A stretch of 63,899 nucleotides of DNA, filler included, from Octopus bimaculoides (taxonomy: Eukaryota), in NCBI RefSeq assembly GCF_001194135.2. It is 5 parts of 5 records of this genome, joined end to end, with 100 filler letters (N's around TTAATTAATTAA, not from the genome) between each part and the next. Parts side by side here need not be neighbours in the genome. Positions count along the whole stretch, not along the records: positions 1 to 16,401 come from NC_068997.1; positions 16,502 to 37,786 come from NC_068983.1; 3 more parts are not named here. One strand, 5' to 3'. Shown piece by piece: positions 14,985 through 27,074 of this stretch. How positions within the stretch are numbered: position 1 is the stretch's first letter; each line of letters starts with the position of its first letter. Both the position numbers and the translations under genes were made by a program. The notes below the pieces were generated by a model. The model made no database searches, was not told the DNA's origin, and saw only the letters and a list, made by a program, of their open reading frames with translations.

Positions 14985-15149
14985 AGGCGCAGTTGTTTTT
15001 GTGAGGTAAGAATTTGCTTCTCAACCGCATAGTTCCAAGTTCAATTTCACTGTGACGCGCCCGAGGCAGGTGACTTCTGCTAAAGCTCCCGGCTGACCCA
15101 AGCATTGTGAGTATGTTTTTCAGACCAGAATTGAAAGAAGCCCATCGTA
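14985..15149 (+). mobile_element. SINE family A, diverged 5' half
   Basis: GGCGCAG...GGTAAGAATTTGCTTCTCAACCGCATAGTTCCAAGTTCAAT...AAGCATTGTGAGT...TGAAAGAAGCCCATCGTA aligns to the 40124 copy. Confidence 0.75.
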
Positions 15150-15187
15150 AACATACATGCACTCATAAATATGCACTCATAAATATG

Positions 15188-15224
<37 letters not shown>

Positions 15225-15359
15225 GTGTGTGTNNNNNNNNNNNNNNNNNNNNNNNNNNNNNNNNNNNNNNNNNNNNNNNNNNNNNNNNNNNNNNNNNNNN
15301 NNNNNNNNNNNNNNNNNNNNNNNNNNNNNNNNGGACACCATCTATTGCTATCGTATTAA

Positions 15360-15426
15360 CCGACCCGTTAGCACCATCACCATCACCAACAGCGGCAGCA
15401 GCAGCAACGATGCCTGTAGTAGTAGC

Positions 15427-15486
<60 letters not shown>

Positions 15487-15539
15487 TTCAGGAGTAGAAG
15501 AAGCAGCAGCGAAACTATTGACGCGATGCTTAATCCATA

Positions 15540-15588
<49 letters not shown>

Positions 15589-15629
15589 CTATGATGATGA
15601 CTATGATAACGACTACGAAGACAACGACT

Positions 15630-15669
<40 letters not shown>

Positions 15670-16020
15670 TGATGATGATGATGATGATGATGATGACGAT
15701 GACGATGATGATGATGATGATGACAACGATGATGAGGTCAGTGACGGCGGTAGCGTTTGTAGCGGCAACGGTTGTGCTAGCGGTGGTGGTGGTGGTGGTG
15801 GTAGTGGCGGTGGTGCTGGTGGTGGTGGCGGCGCCGGCGGCAGTATTGGTGATAATGATGATTGCAGTGGTGATGGTGACGGTGATGGTGATAATGCTGA
15901 CGGCGACATGAAGGCTGTGGCGGAGACGCAGGTACAGTCTGTGGAGGAGGGTGTTTGTGCTAGTTTTGGTGATGATGGTGATGATGATGATGATGATGAT
16001 GATATTAATGGCGCTGGTGA
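15360..16020. repeat. Compound (AGT)n, (GAT)n, (GAC)n, (GGT)n microsatellites
   Basis: Directly visible arrays; the Asp/Gly/Ser ORFs are repeat read-through. Confidence 0.9.
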
Positions 16021-16044
16021 TAATGAACTGTTGCTCTTGACCTC

Positions 16045-16200
16045 GTTGCCGAGGTCAACTTTGCCTTTCATCCTTTCGGGGTCGATAAATTAAGTACCAG
16101 TTACGCACTGGGGTCGATGTAATCGACTTAATCCCTTTGTCTGTTCTTGTTTGTCCCCTCTATGTTTAGCCCCTTGTGGGCAGTAAATAAATAAGAAACA
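16045..16200 (+). mobile_element. SINE family B, 3' half
   Basis: GCCGAGGTCAACTTTGCCTTTCATCCTTTCGGGGTCGATAAATTAAGTACCAGTTACGCACTGGGGTCGATGTAATCGACTTA is homologous to 23300-23370 and the reverse complement of 41195-41280. Confidence 0.85.
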
Positions 16201-16401
16201 AGTGTGACATGCTATCAATTCCAGGTATCTTCCATTCTCATGTTATATTATTCTTATACATATGCATATACATACATACATACATACATAGATATGATTG
16301 TGTGCATGTGTGTATGTGTTTATATTTGTGTGTACATGCATATATGTATCTGTGTATATCTATACAACACTCGTGTTACACTACGTTATATATATATATA
16401 T

Positions 16402-16501
16402 NNNNNNNNNNNNNNNNNNNNNNNNNNNNNNNNNNNNNNNNNNNNTTAATTAATTAANNNNNNNNNNNNNNNNNNNNNNNNNNNNNNNNNNNNNNNNNNN
16501 N
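16402..16501. other. Artificial assembly spacer 44N-TTAATTAATTAA-44N (also at 37787-37886, 43006-43105, 62242-62341)
   Basis: Four identical 100-bp units. The palindromic 12-mer places TAA in all six frames. Confidence 0.95.
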
Positions 16502-16648
16502 ATATATACATATATATATATATATATAGAAAGAGAGAGAGAGAGAGAGAGATGAGAGAGACACACAGACAGACAGGCAGACAGGCAGTCAGACAGACAG
16601 AGACAGATAAAGATGCATATATACACAGAGACAGAGAGAAAGAGGGAG

Positions 16649-16685
<37 letters not shown>

Positions 16686-16853
16686 AATATATAGAGAGAG
16701 AAGTGTATGTATATGTATTAATCAGTCAGATTCCAACAGATCTCATTTTCAATCTTATACAAATTTAAAAGTACCTTCATGTTTTATAATAACATGTTTT
16801 ATTGGTAAACAGCTAGACAATTTTAGTGCAATGACTGGATTGTCCCTTTAGAT

Positions 16854-17024
16854 AAATGCTCCGCAACCAGTGCTCCACAAGACGATGACAGATGTACCGC
16901 AGTTTAAGCGGAACATAATAATCTTTTCCCCTATACTTTTAGTTATATTTTTGGTTCACTTGTACCACCGAATTTTGAAATGAATACATGTGTACCGCGA
17001 GTGAAATAAGGTTACAGAGCATTG
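16854..17024. mobile_element. hAT-type MITE, decayed copy of the family at 49274-49457 (opposite orientation)
   Basis: 8-bp TSD CTTTAGAT (16846-16853 and 17025-17032) and degenerate TIRs. The internal TTATATTTTTGGTTCA.TTGT.CCACCGAATTTTGAAA matches the reverse complement of the 49.3-kb copy. Confidence 0.8.
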
Positions 17025-17341
17025 CTTTAGATACCTTCCGATACGTTCTAGCCGGCTGAAATTTATGAAAGCTGAGACGCTGCAGTTTGAATAATGTGGA
17101 AACGTAGTCGATACTGAAAACTCCTATTCATAGAAGTGTTTTAACCAATTAAAGTCACCGATAGAGAATTCGACTACACTCAGATTTTGAGAAAAATTTG
17201 ATGCTACAAACAGAAGTCCCAACTTAAATACCCTTAAGTATATAGGTATTTAAATTTAAATTAACAATATTGTCGATATTATTACAGTGTTTGAATAACA
17301 TATTCAAATCAATACTAATATTATTACACTTTATGCTGTTG

Positions 17342-18760
17342 TCAATTCAGAACAGGTATAAGATTTTCAATAATATCATTCTTTCACTTTTCTTCTAACT
17401 TCACATGAGGCGTAAAGTTTGTAAAATGGAAATATTTAAAACGTTTCATTTCTGCATATTTCTAAATGATTGCGAAATGGAGTTCTATCGGATATCAGGG
17501 TCAGTAAACTGTTGCTGTGTAGTCGCGCGCGTTCTGAAACAGAATTATCTGTCAAGCCAGTAATTTTTTTTTTTTTTTTTTTTCACAATTGGGACACGTT
17601 CTACTGCTGATCAGTTTTCTACTTTTACAGTTCAAATTTACATTTCGGATTATGATTCTTTCGGTTTTGTTGTTGATATACTGACTAGCTTGTGCAGAGT
17701 TGTAATGCAACGATCGACTTTCCATTTGGATAGCAGGAACGTTCTATCATTGTTATGTAGGGCAAACTTTGCCGTTGTAAACAAATGCTTAATGATTTTC
17801 TGTTGTATTTTACTTTGAAAGACTGTTCTAACAGTTACAAAATCTTTTAGCTCATTATTTTGTCTGATGAAATGCATGTATGATTTGGTGACGTTAAAAA
17901 TGTTCTGGTAAGATTGTATGATATTCTTTCTGGTCTTGTCTTTCTGTGAGTTATTCTATAGACATCTGATTTGCACGTTGTATACTTTCTTGCATATGTA
18001 GAGGTGAATATGCTTGTTTGAGAAGAAATACCTTCAGGTTGTCTTTGGTATCTACATCATGAGTGACAGTACAAATTTTCTCGGCTAAACACTATGGGTG
18101 TTACATTTTGTAGGCACTGGATATCATGGATTCAAGTATAGTCACCGATGTTTATTTGGTTCATTATAATACATATCCTCTGTAGTGTTGATTTTATTTT
18201 TTAATTATTATTATAATGAGAAATTATAATTATCGATTGCGAATTTCCTAGTTGAACGTAGAGTGATTAGACGAATGCTGAATTCTCCTAAAATGACTAC
18301 GTCTAAATTAGTAAACAATCATCAGGATAAATTTCCCATGCACTCAATATCTCCTAAACTCAAAGTTTTAGCTTTCTTCAACTGTTTGATACAAGTTATT
18401 TGTTCCAAGTATCGCATTGCTAAGTTTGTAAAACTGAAACAAAAGTGATTCCCATGACGATCCCTCTAATTTAAGATGATATTTTCAAATATGGAAATTC
18501 AACGTATTGTTTTCTAGTGTAAGGCAGATTACTCTATGGTGAATCTACAGGGAATTGCCTCTCTGATTTTTGACACAATATTTGATCGGCCATATTCCTA
18601 AATTTTGATTCTGCTTTTGAGGGGTTGACAAGACGAGGCATCAATACCATCCAAATAAAACGTGTTTTATGGGTGCATGTTAATTTCAAAATGTCAACGA
18701 AATGCTTATGCAATGGCTAGAATATTCCGGACCAGTTATGATCTAGGAATTTAGAAAGGG
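17342..18760 (-). mobile_element. Decayed Penelope-like retroelement (Neptune-like): RT core, thumb/linker and GIY-YIG endonuclease
   Basis: Multi-frame minus-strand translation gives GIVMGIT..TNLAMRYLEQ and DDCLLI (RT); YLN..TKCN..CLAEKICTV..LKVFLLKQAYS..IQRA (thumb); KIIKHLFTTAKF..DRCITT (linker); NCKS..CPNC..QQFTDPDIR..NHLEIC..FPFYKL..IIENLIPVLN* (EN, stop 17342-17344). Many stops and frameshifts; the 5' end is lost at or before the N-gap. Confidence 0.85.
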
Positions 18761-19867
18761 TGTGAAAGCACTTTACAGATATGTGCGTATGTGTATGTAT
18801 ATATATATATATATATNNNNNNNNNNNNNNNNNNNNNNNNNNNNNNNNNNNNNNNNNNNNNNNNNNNNNNNNNNNNNNNNNNNNNNNNNNNNNNNNNNNN
18901 NNNNNNNNNNNNNNNNNNNNNNNNNNNNNNNNNNNNNNNNNNNNNNNNNNNNNNNNNNNNNNNNNNNNNNNNNNNNNNNNNNNNNNNNNNNNNNNNNNNN
19001 NNNNNNNNNNNNNNNNNNNNNNNNNNNNNNNNNNNNNNNNNNNNNNNNNNNNNNNNNNNNNNNNNNNNNNNNNNNNNNNNNNNNNNNNNNNNNNNNNNNN
19101 NNNNNNNNNNNNNNNNNNNNNNNNNNNNNNNNNNNNNNNNNNNNNNNNNNNNNNNNNNNNNNNNNNNNNNNNNNNNNNNNNNNNNNNNNNNNNNNNNNNN
19201 NNNNNNNNNNNNNNNNNNNNNNNNNNNNNNNNNNNNNNNNNNNNNNNNNNNNNNNNNNNNNNNNNNNNNNNNNNNNNNNNNNNNNNNNNNNNNNNNNNNN
19301 NNNNNNNNNNNNNNNNNNNNNNNNNNNNNNNNNNNNNNNNNNNNNNNNNAAAATTGACTGCTTGATTGAAACCATATTTTGAACTTATTTTTCCGATTCA
19401 CAAAAGAAACCAAAATAAACTAAAAACCTGAAAAGATCAACAAACAACAAATATAAACATAAACAAGTTATAAAATATTTCCTAAGTGAGTTAGCATTCT
19501 TATATTTTTACCTACATTTCTATTTTGTTTGTGTTATTTCGAACATATGATATTGTAATAATGAACTTCAACGCAATTATCACTTCAAAAAAAAAAAAAA
19601 GACAATACAAAATAAGTTGCATTTATAAGAGCAGCCAAGTCGATAATTATCTACCATTTTCTGTTTCATCTATGAATCATCACAACTCTATCAGTTAATC
19701 TAAATGTCGAGATTACAACTGCTGATTATACACTTATGCCCTATATCAGTGTATATGTCTATCACTGTTATATGTCTATATGTATATCACTATTAGCTTT
19801 GTTTTCTGTTTTGCTTTGATGTCTTTCTCACTTCTCTCCTATACATATACAAACATATAATATATAT

Positions 19868-19902
<35 letters not shown>

Positions 19903-20561
19903 ATATAGAGATTGATAGATATAGATAAATTGATACATACATATGTGTGTGTATGTATGTTATTAGTATACAATGTATAATTATAGGTGAATATGCTTAT
20001 ATATACACATGTGTGTGTGTGTATTTATATATATGTATGTATACATATATTGTACAATTATTGGTGACTATCTTTATATATANNNNNNNNNNGAAGAACA
20101 TTTTAGTACCGGTTTCAGTCTTTGTGACTTTTTCAAATTAGAATAAAGTATGGAAAGCAATTAAGTTGTGTAAAAATTAAATTAAATGTTTTTTATAAAT
20201 ATTTCCATAGTTTTTAAATGCAAGGGACATTTTATTTTTTTTCTGTCTGTCTCTGTCTTTCTTTTTTACAGAAAAAAGTAAAATCTACCTTGTTTAATTT
20301 TCCTTCTACATATCAACTGGTGTGTTCCTTGTCAACCTTCTACATATATATAGAGGATATATATTAGAGGATATAACGGCAAAGGTAGCCGATAGGAAGA
20401 GGAGGGGTAAAGGAAAGAAAACGCAGAAACCAAATAAATGAAAAATATAGAACGATATGTAGATTAAAAAAAGCCTAAAGTCTCAGAAAAAGATATATCT
20501 AGCGGAAGTGAAATGTAATAAGGAAATCAATGTTCAAATTATATATAATGGTAGATATCGC

Positions 20562-21264
20562 TTATATGAACTGAAAGGTATGTTTCTTGCAATGTTTACA
20601 TCGATAAGCACGCTCTATAACCATGATTAGAAGGGGATGTTTAGAAAAAAGAATAAAAAATAATTCACAATTACAGAGATGACAAAATTCCTTGACTTTA
20701 TCATAAGGGAACGAAATTGAGAAAATCAACCAATCTAAATTAAATTGTTTATTATGGTCTTTTAGATACCAAATTAATTTACTAAGCCCTGTACCGTTAC
20801 GTTTATTACTATCCCTAAATGTAGAGTAATGATTAGAAATTTTTTTAGATAACTGAAAAGAAGAACTACCCATATACAAAAAGACATGAAGTAATTTTAC
20901 ACTTGTATTTTTAATTTTAGAATTACTAGACATAAACTTAATTCTGTTGGAATTGATTTCAGAGACAATAACCTTGTTATTAATATTTCTAGGAGGATGG
21001 TTGGTATTAGCTAAATTAATGTTAGTATTAGTAAATTGATTCTTATTTAGTAGACTAATATTATGTGAGGAGATAATTTGTAAGAGATTCTTTTGTTTTG
21101 GAAAAACCAATCCTAACCGTATGTGAGTTGATAATAGAGTAATGACTAGAATTCTTTGGAAAATTCCTAATAATGGCTTCCCGAAACTGCAAAGGAAGAT
21201 TAGATTTAATTTGCCTCCCATAAGGAATAATCAACCAAATAGTTTTGCTATTATTTGCCTTATT
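20562..21264 (-). mobile_element. Decayed Penelope-like retroelement (Naiad-like), linker plus GIY-YIG C-terminus
   Basis: TIWLIIPYGRQIKSNL..NFPKNSSHYSIINSHTVRIGFS, then a frameshift to LQIISSHN..YMGSSS..KKISNHYSTF..TGLSKLIWYLKD..W.I..FPY..CHLCNCELFFI..RCKH. This fits the IWFNPP / LSK.IW.LKD / C.LC..E / CRH pattern. Truncated by the N-gap at 21265. Confidence 0.85.
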
Positions 21265-22477
21265 NNNNNNNNNNNNNNNNNNNNNNNNNNNNNNNNNNNN
21301 NNNNNNNNNNNNNNNNNNNNNNNNNNNNNNNNNNNNNNNNNNNNNNNNNNNNNNNNNNNNNNNNNNNNNNNNNNNNNNNNNNNNNNNNNNNNNNNNNNNN
21401 NNNNNNNNNNNNNNNNNNNNNNNNNNNNNNNNNNNNNNNNNNNNNNNNNNNNNNNNNNNNNNNNNNNNNNNNNNNNNNNNNNNNNNNNNNNNNNNNNNNN
21501 NNNNNNNNNNNNNNNNNNNNNNNNNNNNNNNNNNNNNNNNNNNNNNNNNNNNNNNNNNNNNNNNNNNNNNNNNNNNNNNNNNNNNNNNNNNNNNNNNNNN
21601 NNNNNNNNNNNNNNNNNNNNNNNNNNNNNNNNNNNNNNNNNNNNNNNNNNNNNNNNNNNNNNNNNNNNNNNNNNNNNNNNNNNNNNNNNNNNNNNNNNNN
21701 NNNNNNNNNNNNNNNNNNNNTATATATATAAATATATATATATATACATTTATATACTTATTACATACAAGTGCGTGTATGTATGTACACAAGTATATAT
21801 TGCATAATCATAGGTGAATATATTTGTCAGGACGAGATAAGTAAGAAATTAATTCTAAATATTTTTTGAGGTATCGAATGTGATGTGCGGTTGCCACATG
21901 AAATACCAAACGCACCTTTCTTAGTTTAAGAAGGTAAGTATAATTTCAGAGTGATCCGCCTGCTACTTCTATTAGATCTGATCCTCACGTGGAATCTCAC
22001 TTGTTGGCCCATGTATATCACCTTAAATACAATGTGTACGACTGCGTTTAATTACTACCTAAATGCCTTCAAATACAAAAGCAAAATAGCTCACTTGGTC
22101 TGACAATCAGGATTTTAATCTCGATTACTATACAACCATCAACCCACGTCAAACTGTGTTTTCTTTCTCTGTCTTTAATTATGCCACACTTATACCTTAT
22201 TTCCCTGGAACTTTCGATAACTCTGTACTCACTCCAAGCCTCAGCAGCTCATATTCCTCCTCACTGCGACTAAATGTGCATAAAACCTGTATTATTATCT
22301 TTCATGAGCTCGAGATGAAATTTTAATTTCTCTTCGGTTCACACAGTTATGTCTTTTCTCACAAGTCTACGAAGGATCGTGCATTTCCATGTAACAATAT
22401 ATGATAAAATACACGTCCTAAACTCGCCTTCCCAGTACTATTAGACACATAACGACTTTCTTGATAGTGAGCTGGCA

Positions 22478-22655
22478 GAATTATTAGAGTGCCTTAAATA
22501 TGTATTGCGATATTTGAACGAGCTTTTTCAATTTTGAGTTCTAATCCGATCGAGGTCAACTTTATTTATCAACCTGCCGGGATCGAAAAAGTAAGTACTA
22601 ATGAAGAAAGGGAATCAGCGATACAGACTAACTTCCACCCATCAGAATTGCTAGA
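22478..22655 (+). mobile_element. SINE family B, highly decayed
   Basis: GTGAGCTGGCAGAATTATTAG...TGAGTTCTAATCC...GAGGTCAACTTT...GGGATCGAAAAAGTAAGTAC. Confidence 0.6.
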
Positions 22656-23015
22656 TTTGTTTTTATTTTAATTTCAAAGCCAGTGTGTTTTGTAATAGAA
22701 AATTCTATTCGGTGGCAGTTAAACTAAAAATATACATATAAACTAAAAATATAGACCTAAAGACAGTAAGAAACTCAACAATGAAAGGCCTTTAATTCAC
22801 CCTACTTACGTATGTGCGAAATTACAACCCTGACATATTGATATCTTCTATAAGGGAAAGTTTATTTAGTGCTTCAGCAATAGTGGTAGGAAAATAATGC
22901 ATTTATGTATATTATCTAATTTGCTGATCTGTTCGGAAAAGGTTAAGCTTTTAAGTACGAAAAGTACGAAGCCTGCTGTTTCAATTTCTGAATGAATCCA
23001 AGCTATTCTATTTTT

Positions 23016-23192
23016 AATATTGGTCTTAAATTTTGGCATAAGGTCAGGAACTTCGTTGGAGAGGGTTATTCGATTACATCAGCATCAGCATTTTAGCCTT
23101 AAATAACTACCAGTTGAGCGTCTGGTCGATGCAATCAACTCACACCCTTCCCTGAACTTGCTGGTCCTCTGCCAAAATTTGAAACCAATATT
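23016..23192. mobile_element. Two SINE family B 3' ends fused head-to-head (palindrome)
   Basis: 23-bp inverted repeat AATATTGGTCTTAAATTTTGGCA / TGCCAAAATTTGAAACCAATATT with 2 mismatches; each arm matches the family B tail. Confidence 0.75.
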
Positions 23193-23210
23193 AATATGCT
23201 ATGTTATATA

Positions 23211-23420
23211 AGGCGGTGAGATGGCAGAATCTTTATCGCGACGGACACAATGTTTAGCGGTATTTTTTCCGACTTTATATTCTGAGTTCAAATGCCATTG
23301 AAGTCGACTCTCTTTCACTTTTTAGGTCAATGAAATAAGTACCAGTTGAGGGGGTCGATGTAATCGACCTATTCATTATCCCCAAATCTGCTGGCCTTGT
23401 GCGTAAAAATTTGAAGCCAA
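23211..23420 (+). mobile_element. SINE family B, near full length
   Basis: AAGGCGGTGAGATGGCAGAATC...TTCTGAGTTCAAAT (B box)...AAGTACCAGTTGAG...GGTCGATGTAATCGAC...GCTGGCCTTGTGC..AAAATTTGAAGCCAA. Confidence 0.85.
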
Positions 23421-24192
23421 TTTTGTTATAATTAATATATTACTAAATCCTTTATAGTAAAACTAATGAAGCCATAACAGCACAGTTTTAGTCGTCTTCA
23501 AATACTGGACTTTGAAAGAAAGTATATAATATCTATGAATAATATGATTCAACTAAAAACACATTAGAGATACAATTGTGTCGATGAGAGTGAAGAGGCA
23601 ATTCTTAATGTTCAGTATCTTTTCAAAACATTAATTAATAAAGTAACGGAATAAGTACGATGTATAGAGTGTAAACTAGATTTAAGTGTTTTTTTTTAAT
23701 TAAGAAACATTTTTATTCTTTTAATGAAACGCATTCTGTCAAAATACATTATTAAATAGGTGTTGAGCAACATGCATACTATATGTTAGTAGGATATGGG
23801 AAAATGTACATTTTTTAAAAGCATTTTCAAGAACTTTAGTAGTGCAACAAAGACCACATTGACTTCAAACTAAAGTTTTAGTATATTCATACTTTCCAAA
23901 CCAAATGTTAGCATTACTGCAAACGGAACTGTTACGACTAAATACAGGAACTGTTATGTGGCATCCGGATACCGTGCACCGGTTAACATTAACATCCTTC
24001 ATACAAAAACAACCACAATTAAAACAAATACCTTCGGATAATTTCATGAAAACACCCGCTTTATTCTAAAAGCTTTTAGTCTTGAGATTGAAGTAACCTT
24101 AAAAATATTTGCTTGCTTTCTACCAGAATTAGACGCATACACAGATATATATAAGTCGTGCTGTGTCTATAAGTGTGTATGAGTTGATACGG

Positions 24193-24223
<31 letters not shown>

Positions 24224-24870
24224 CTCCAAGAGAACTAAATGTTAACTTATAATATGGTGATTTCTCTACAATATGTCTTGAGTTGGATAATAGCGTTCTT
24301 CGTGGCATTTACATACGTTTACAGCATTTCACACAGAATGTGACGGTTTTCCAATTTATATCTTGAAAATGGCAAACCACAGCCGCAACACATTTATATA
24401 AATGATTTCTTAATCCGGCCTAAAGCCACCTACTTGTGTAGGAAGGCTTATATTTGTTAGAGTCAATGTCCAGTATATGACCGGTATATTTTGTTTGAAG
24501 ATGATTTATAACATTTTCTTTCTAAAAATATTCCAAAGATATTAAATACTTAACTTATGCAATATATGTTGGCAAGACACTTACATCATGACGATTTTGT
24601 ACACCTTCTTTAAAGAGAGACATAACCAAATATTGGAACTGGCAAAACACGACAGTTTTATTAATTGTCTCTTATTAATGATCTCTGAAAATTATTCATG
24701 ATCATTGAAGTTAAAGAAAAAAACTTCTTCAGTCTATACAGAAAAGTAGTGTTGAGTGAAACGGCTTCAAATAATTCTCAGAATAAAAAAAAAACGCTCT
24801 TATTTATTGCTTCCTGTAATAAATTATGCATCAATGAAACTACTTTATACACCTTTTAATATTCTCTCTT

Positions 24871-24911
<41 letters not shown>

Positions 24912-25866
24912 NNNNNNNNNNNNNNNNNNNNNNNNNNNNNNNNNNNNNNNNNNNNNNNNNNNNNNNNNNNNNNNNNNNNNNNNNNNNNNNNNNNNNNNNN
25001 NNNNNNNNNNNNNNNNNNNNNNNNNNNNNNNNNNNNNNNNNNNNNNNNNNNNNNNNNNNNNNNNNNNNNNNNNNNNNNNNNNNNNNNNNNNNNNNNNNNN
25101 NNNNNNNNNNNNNNNNNNNNNNNNNNNNNNNNNNNNNNNNNNNNNNNNNNNNNNNNNNNNNNNNNNNNNNNNNNNNNNNNNNNNNNNNNNNNNNNNNNNN
25201 NNNNNNNNNNNNNNNNNNNNNNNNNNNNNNNNNNNNNNNNNNNNNNNNNNNNNNNNNNNNNNNNNNNNNNNNNNNNNNNNNNNNNNNNNNNNNNNNNNNN
25301 NNNNNNNNNNNNNNNNNNNNNNNNNNNNNNNNNNNNNNNNNNNNNNNNNNNNNNNNNNNNNNNNNNNNNNNNNNNNNNNNNNNNNNNNNNNNNNNNNNNN
25401 NNNNNNNNNNNNNNNNNNNNNNNNNNNNNNNNNNNNNNNNNNNNNNNNNNNNNNNNNNNNNNNNNNNNNNNNNNNNNNNNNNNNNNNNNNNNNNNNNNNN
25501 NNNNNNNNNNNNNNNNNNNNNNNNNNNNNNNNNNNNNNNNNNNNNNNNNNNNNNNNNNNNNNNNNNNNNNNNNNNNNNNNNNNNNNNNNNNNNNNNNNNN
25601 NNNNNNNNNNNNNNNNNNNNNNNNNNNNNNNNNNNNNNNNNNNNNNNNNNNNNNNNNNNNNNNNNNNNNNNNNNNNNNNNNNNNNNNNNNNNNNNNNNNN
25701 NNNNNNNNNNNNNNNNNNNNNNNNNNNNNNNNNNNNNNNNNNNNNNNNNNNNNNNNNNNNNNNNNNNNNNNNNNNNNNNNNNNNNNNNNNNNNNNNNNNN
25801 NNNNNNNNNNNNNNNNNNNNNNNNNNNNNNNNNNNNNNNNNNNNNNNNNNNNNNNNNNNNNNNNNN

Positions 25867-25942
<76 letters not shown>

Positions 25943-26706
25943 TACACCGAACGCGCAGACATACATACATACATACATACATACATACAAATACGTGGTC
26001 GCGTGCATTCGTGAGTGTGTGTGCACGCGTATTATGTCTGTTTGCGTTTGGTAAGTCTAAGCAAATATTTTATTTAAACTTGGAATTATTTAAAAACCTT
26101 TGATTTTAATTTCTGGTTCTTGTATCTCCTAACCAATGAATCCTGATCTTGTCCGTCACAAACAAGCGAAGTTCTTTCTGTTTTTGTCCTACCGATATAT
26201 GAGAATTTCATATGTCAATATATCATAAGGTCGATGACAGACGTTTCACGTCGGTTTTAATTAAATTCTCTTCACTTAACCACTAGCTTGTAATGGATTT
26301 TAGTCTACAGTAAATATAGATTTATAACTCCTAGTGGCATTTAAAAGATTGCCTTCATGAAGTCCTGCACATGACTTTTAGAGAACCCGTAGGTGTGTGT
26401 CTATAAAGATTGCAGTGAGAAATAATTCCACTCAAGCGGTTTGTTGTTCCGTATTCTAGTCTCATTGACAATTTTAACTCCGTAATGCATGGAACGTATG
26501 TCAGTGTTCTTGGTGCATAAAATTTAGAGCTGTGAGAAATAATTAACCATATGTTTATATTTTGAAAGCGACTATAATCATATTTAAACCATGGGTCTTT
26601 ATTTCAGAGCAACGATAAGATTTAAATATATTTGAATACTTTCACATTGGAGATTAGTAACAGGATACCAACTGTCGAATGTTTTGTTCAAACATAAACA
26701 GTTATA

Positions 26707-26998
26707 ATACAGTTCTATATTTAAGAGATGTGGAATTATGTACATTGTTTACATTTGACGGATATTTGTCCTCATCTTGCTTGTTGTTAGCACAACGTTT
26801 CGATTGATACACCCTCCAGCTTTCATCAGGTGTCTTGGAGAAATTTCAAACCTGAGTTCACATTCCTAAGGTATTTTTCCATGTTATTATTATTGTTGTT
26901 TTTGTTGTTGTTATTATTATTCAGGTCACTGCCTGGAATCGAACTCGGAATCTCGGGGTTAGTAGCCCGTGCTCTTAACCACTACGCCATATGCCCGT
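26707..26998 (-). mobile_element. tRNA-headed, hammerhead-carrying SINE-like element (HHR element 1), full copy
   Basis: The minus strand reads GGGCATATGGCGTAGTGGTTAAGAGCACGGGCTACTAACCCCGAGATTCCGAGTTCGATTCCAGGC (A box 26979-26989, B box 26935-26946), then (AAT/AAC)n, then a tail containing an HHR core. The left boundary is approximate. Confidence 0.85.
26789..26834 (-). ncRNA. Minimal type I hammerhead ribozyme motif (degraded stems)
   Basis: GACAC-CUGAUGA-A-AGCUG-GAGGGUGUAU-CAAUC-GAAA-C-G-U-U-GUGCU. The catalytic core is intact; stems I and II carry mismatches. Confidence 0.65.
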
Positions 26999-27017
26999 GT
27001 TCTATTCCAGGCAGTGA

Positions 27018-27074
<57 letters not shown>

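Noticed and set aside
24756-26103. Long ORFs of 200-430 aa spanning N-runs (also at 18.7-19.4, 34.1-35.5, 47.3-48.1, 57.7-58.8 kb)
   Set aside because: Their length comes from X residues in assembly gaps.
26930-26998. Possible tRNA gene
   Set aside because: The acceptor and T stems do not pair properly and it continues into a repeat tail. It is a SINE head, as are those at 7946, 10471, 23211 and 40124.
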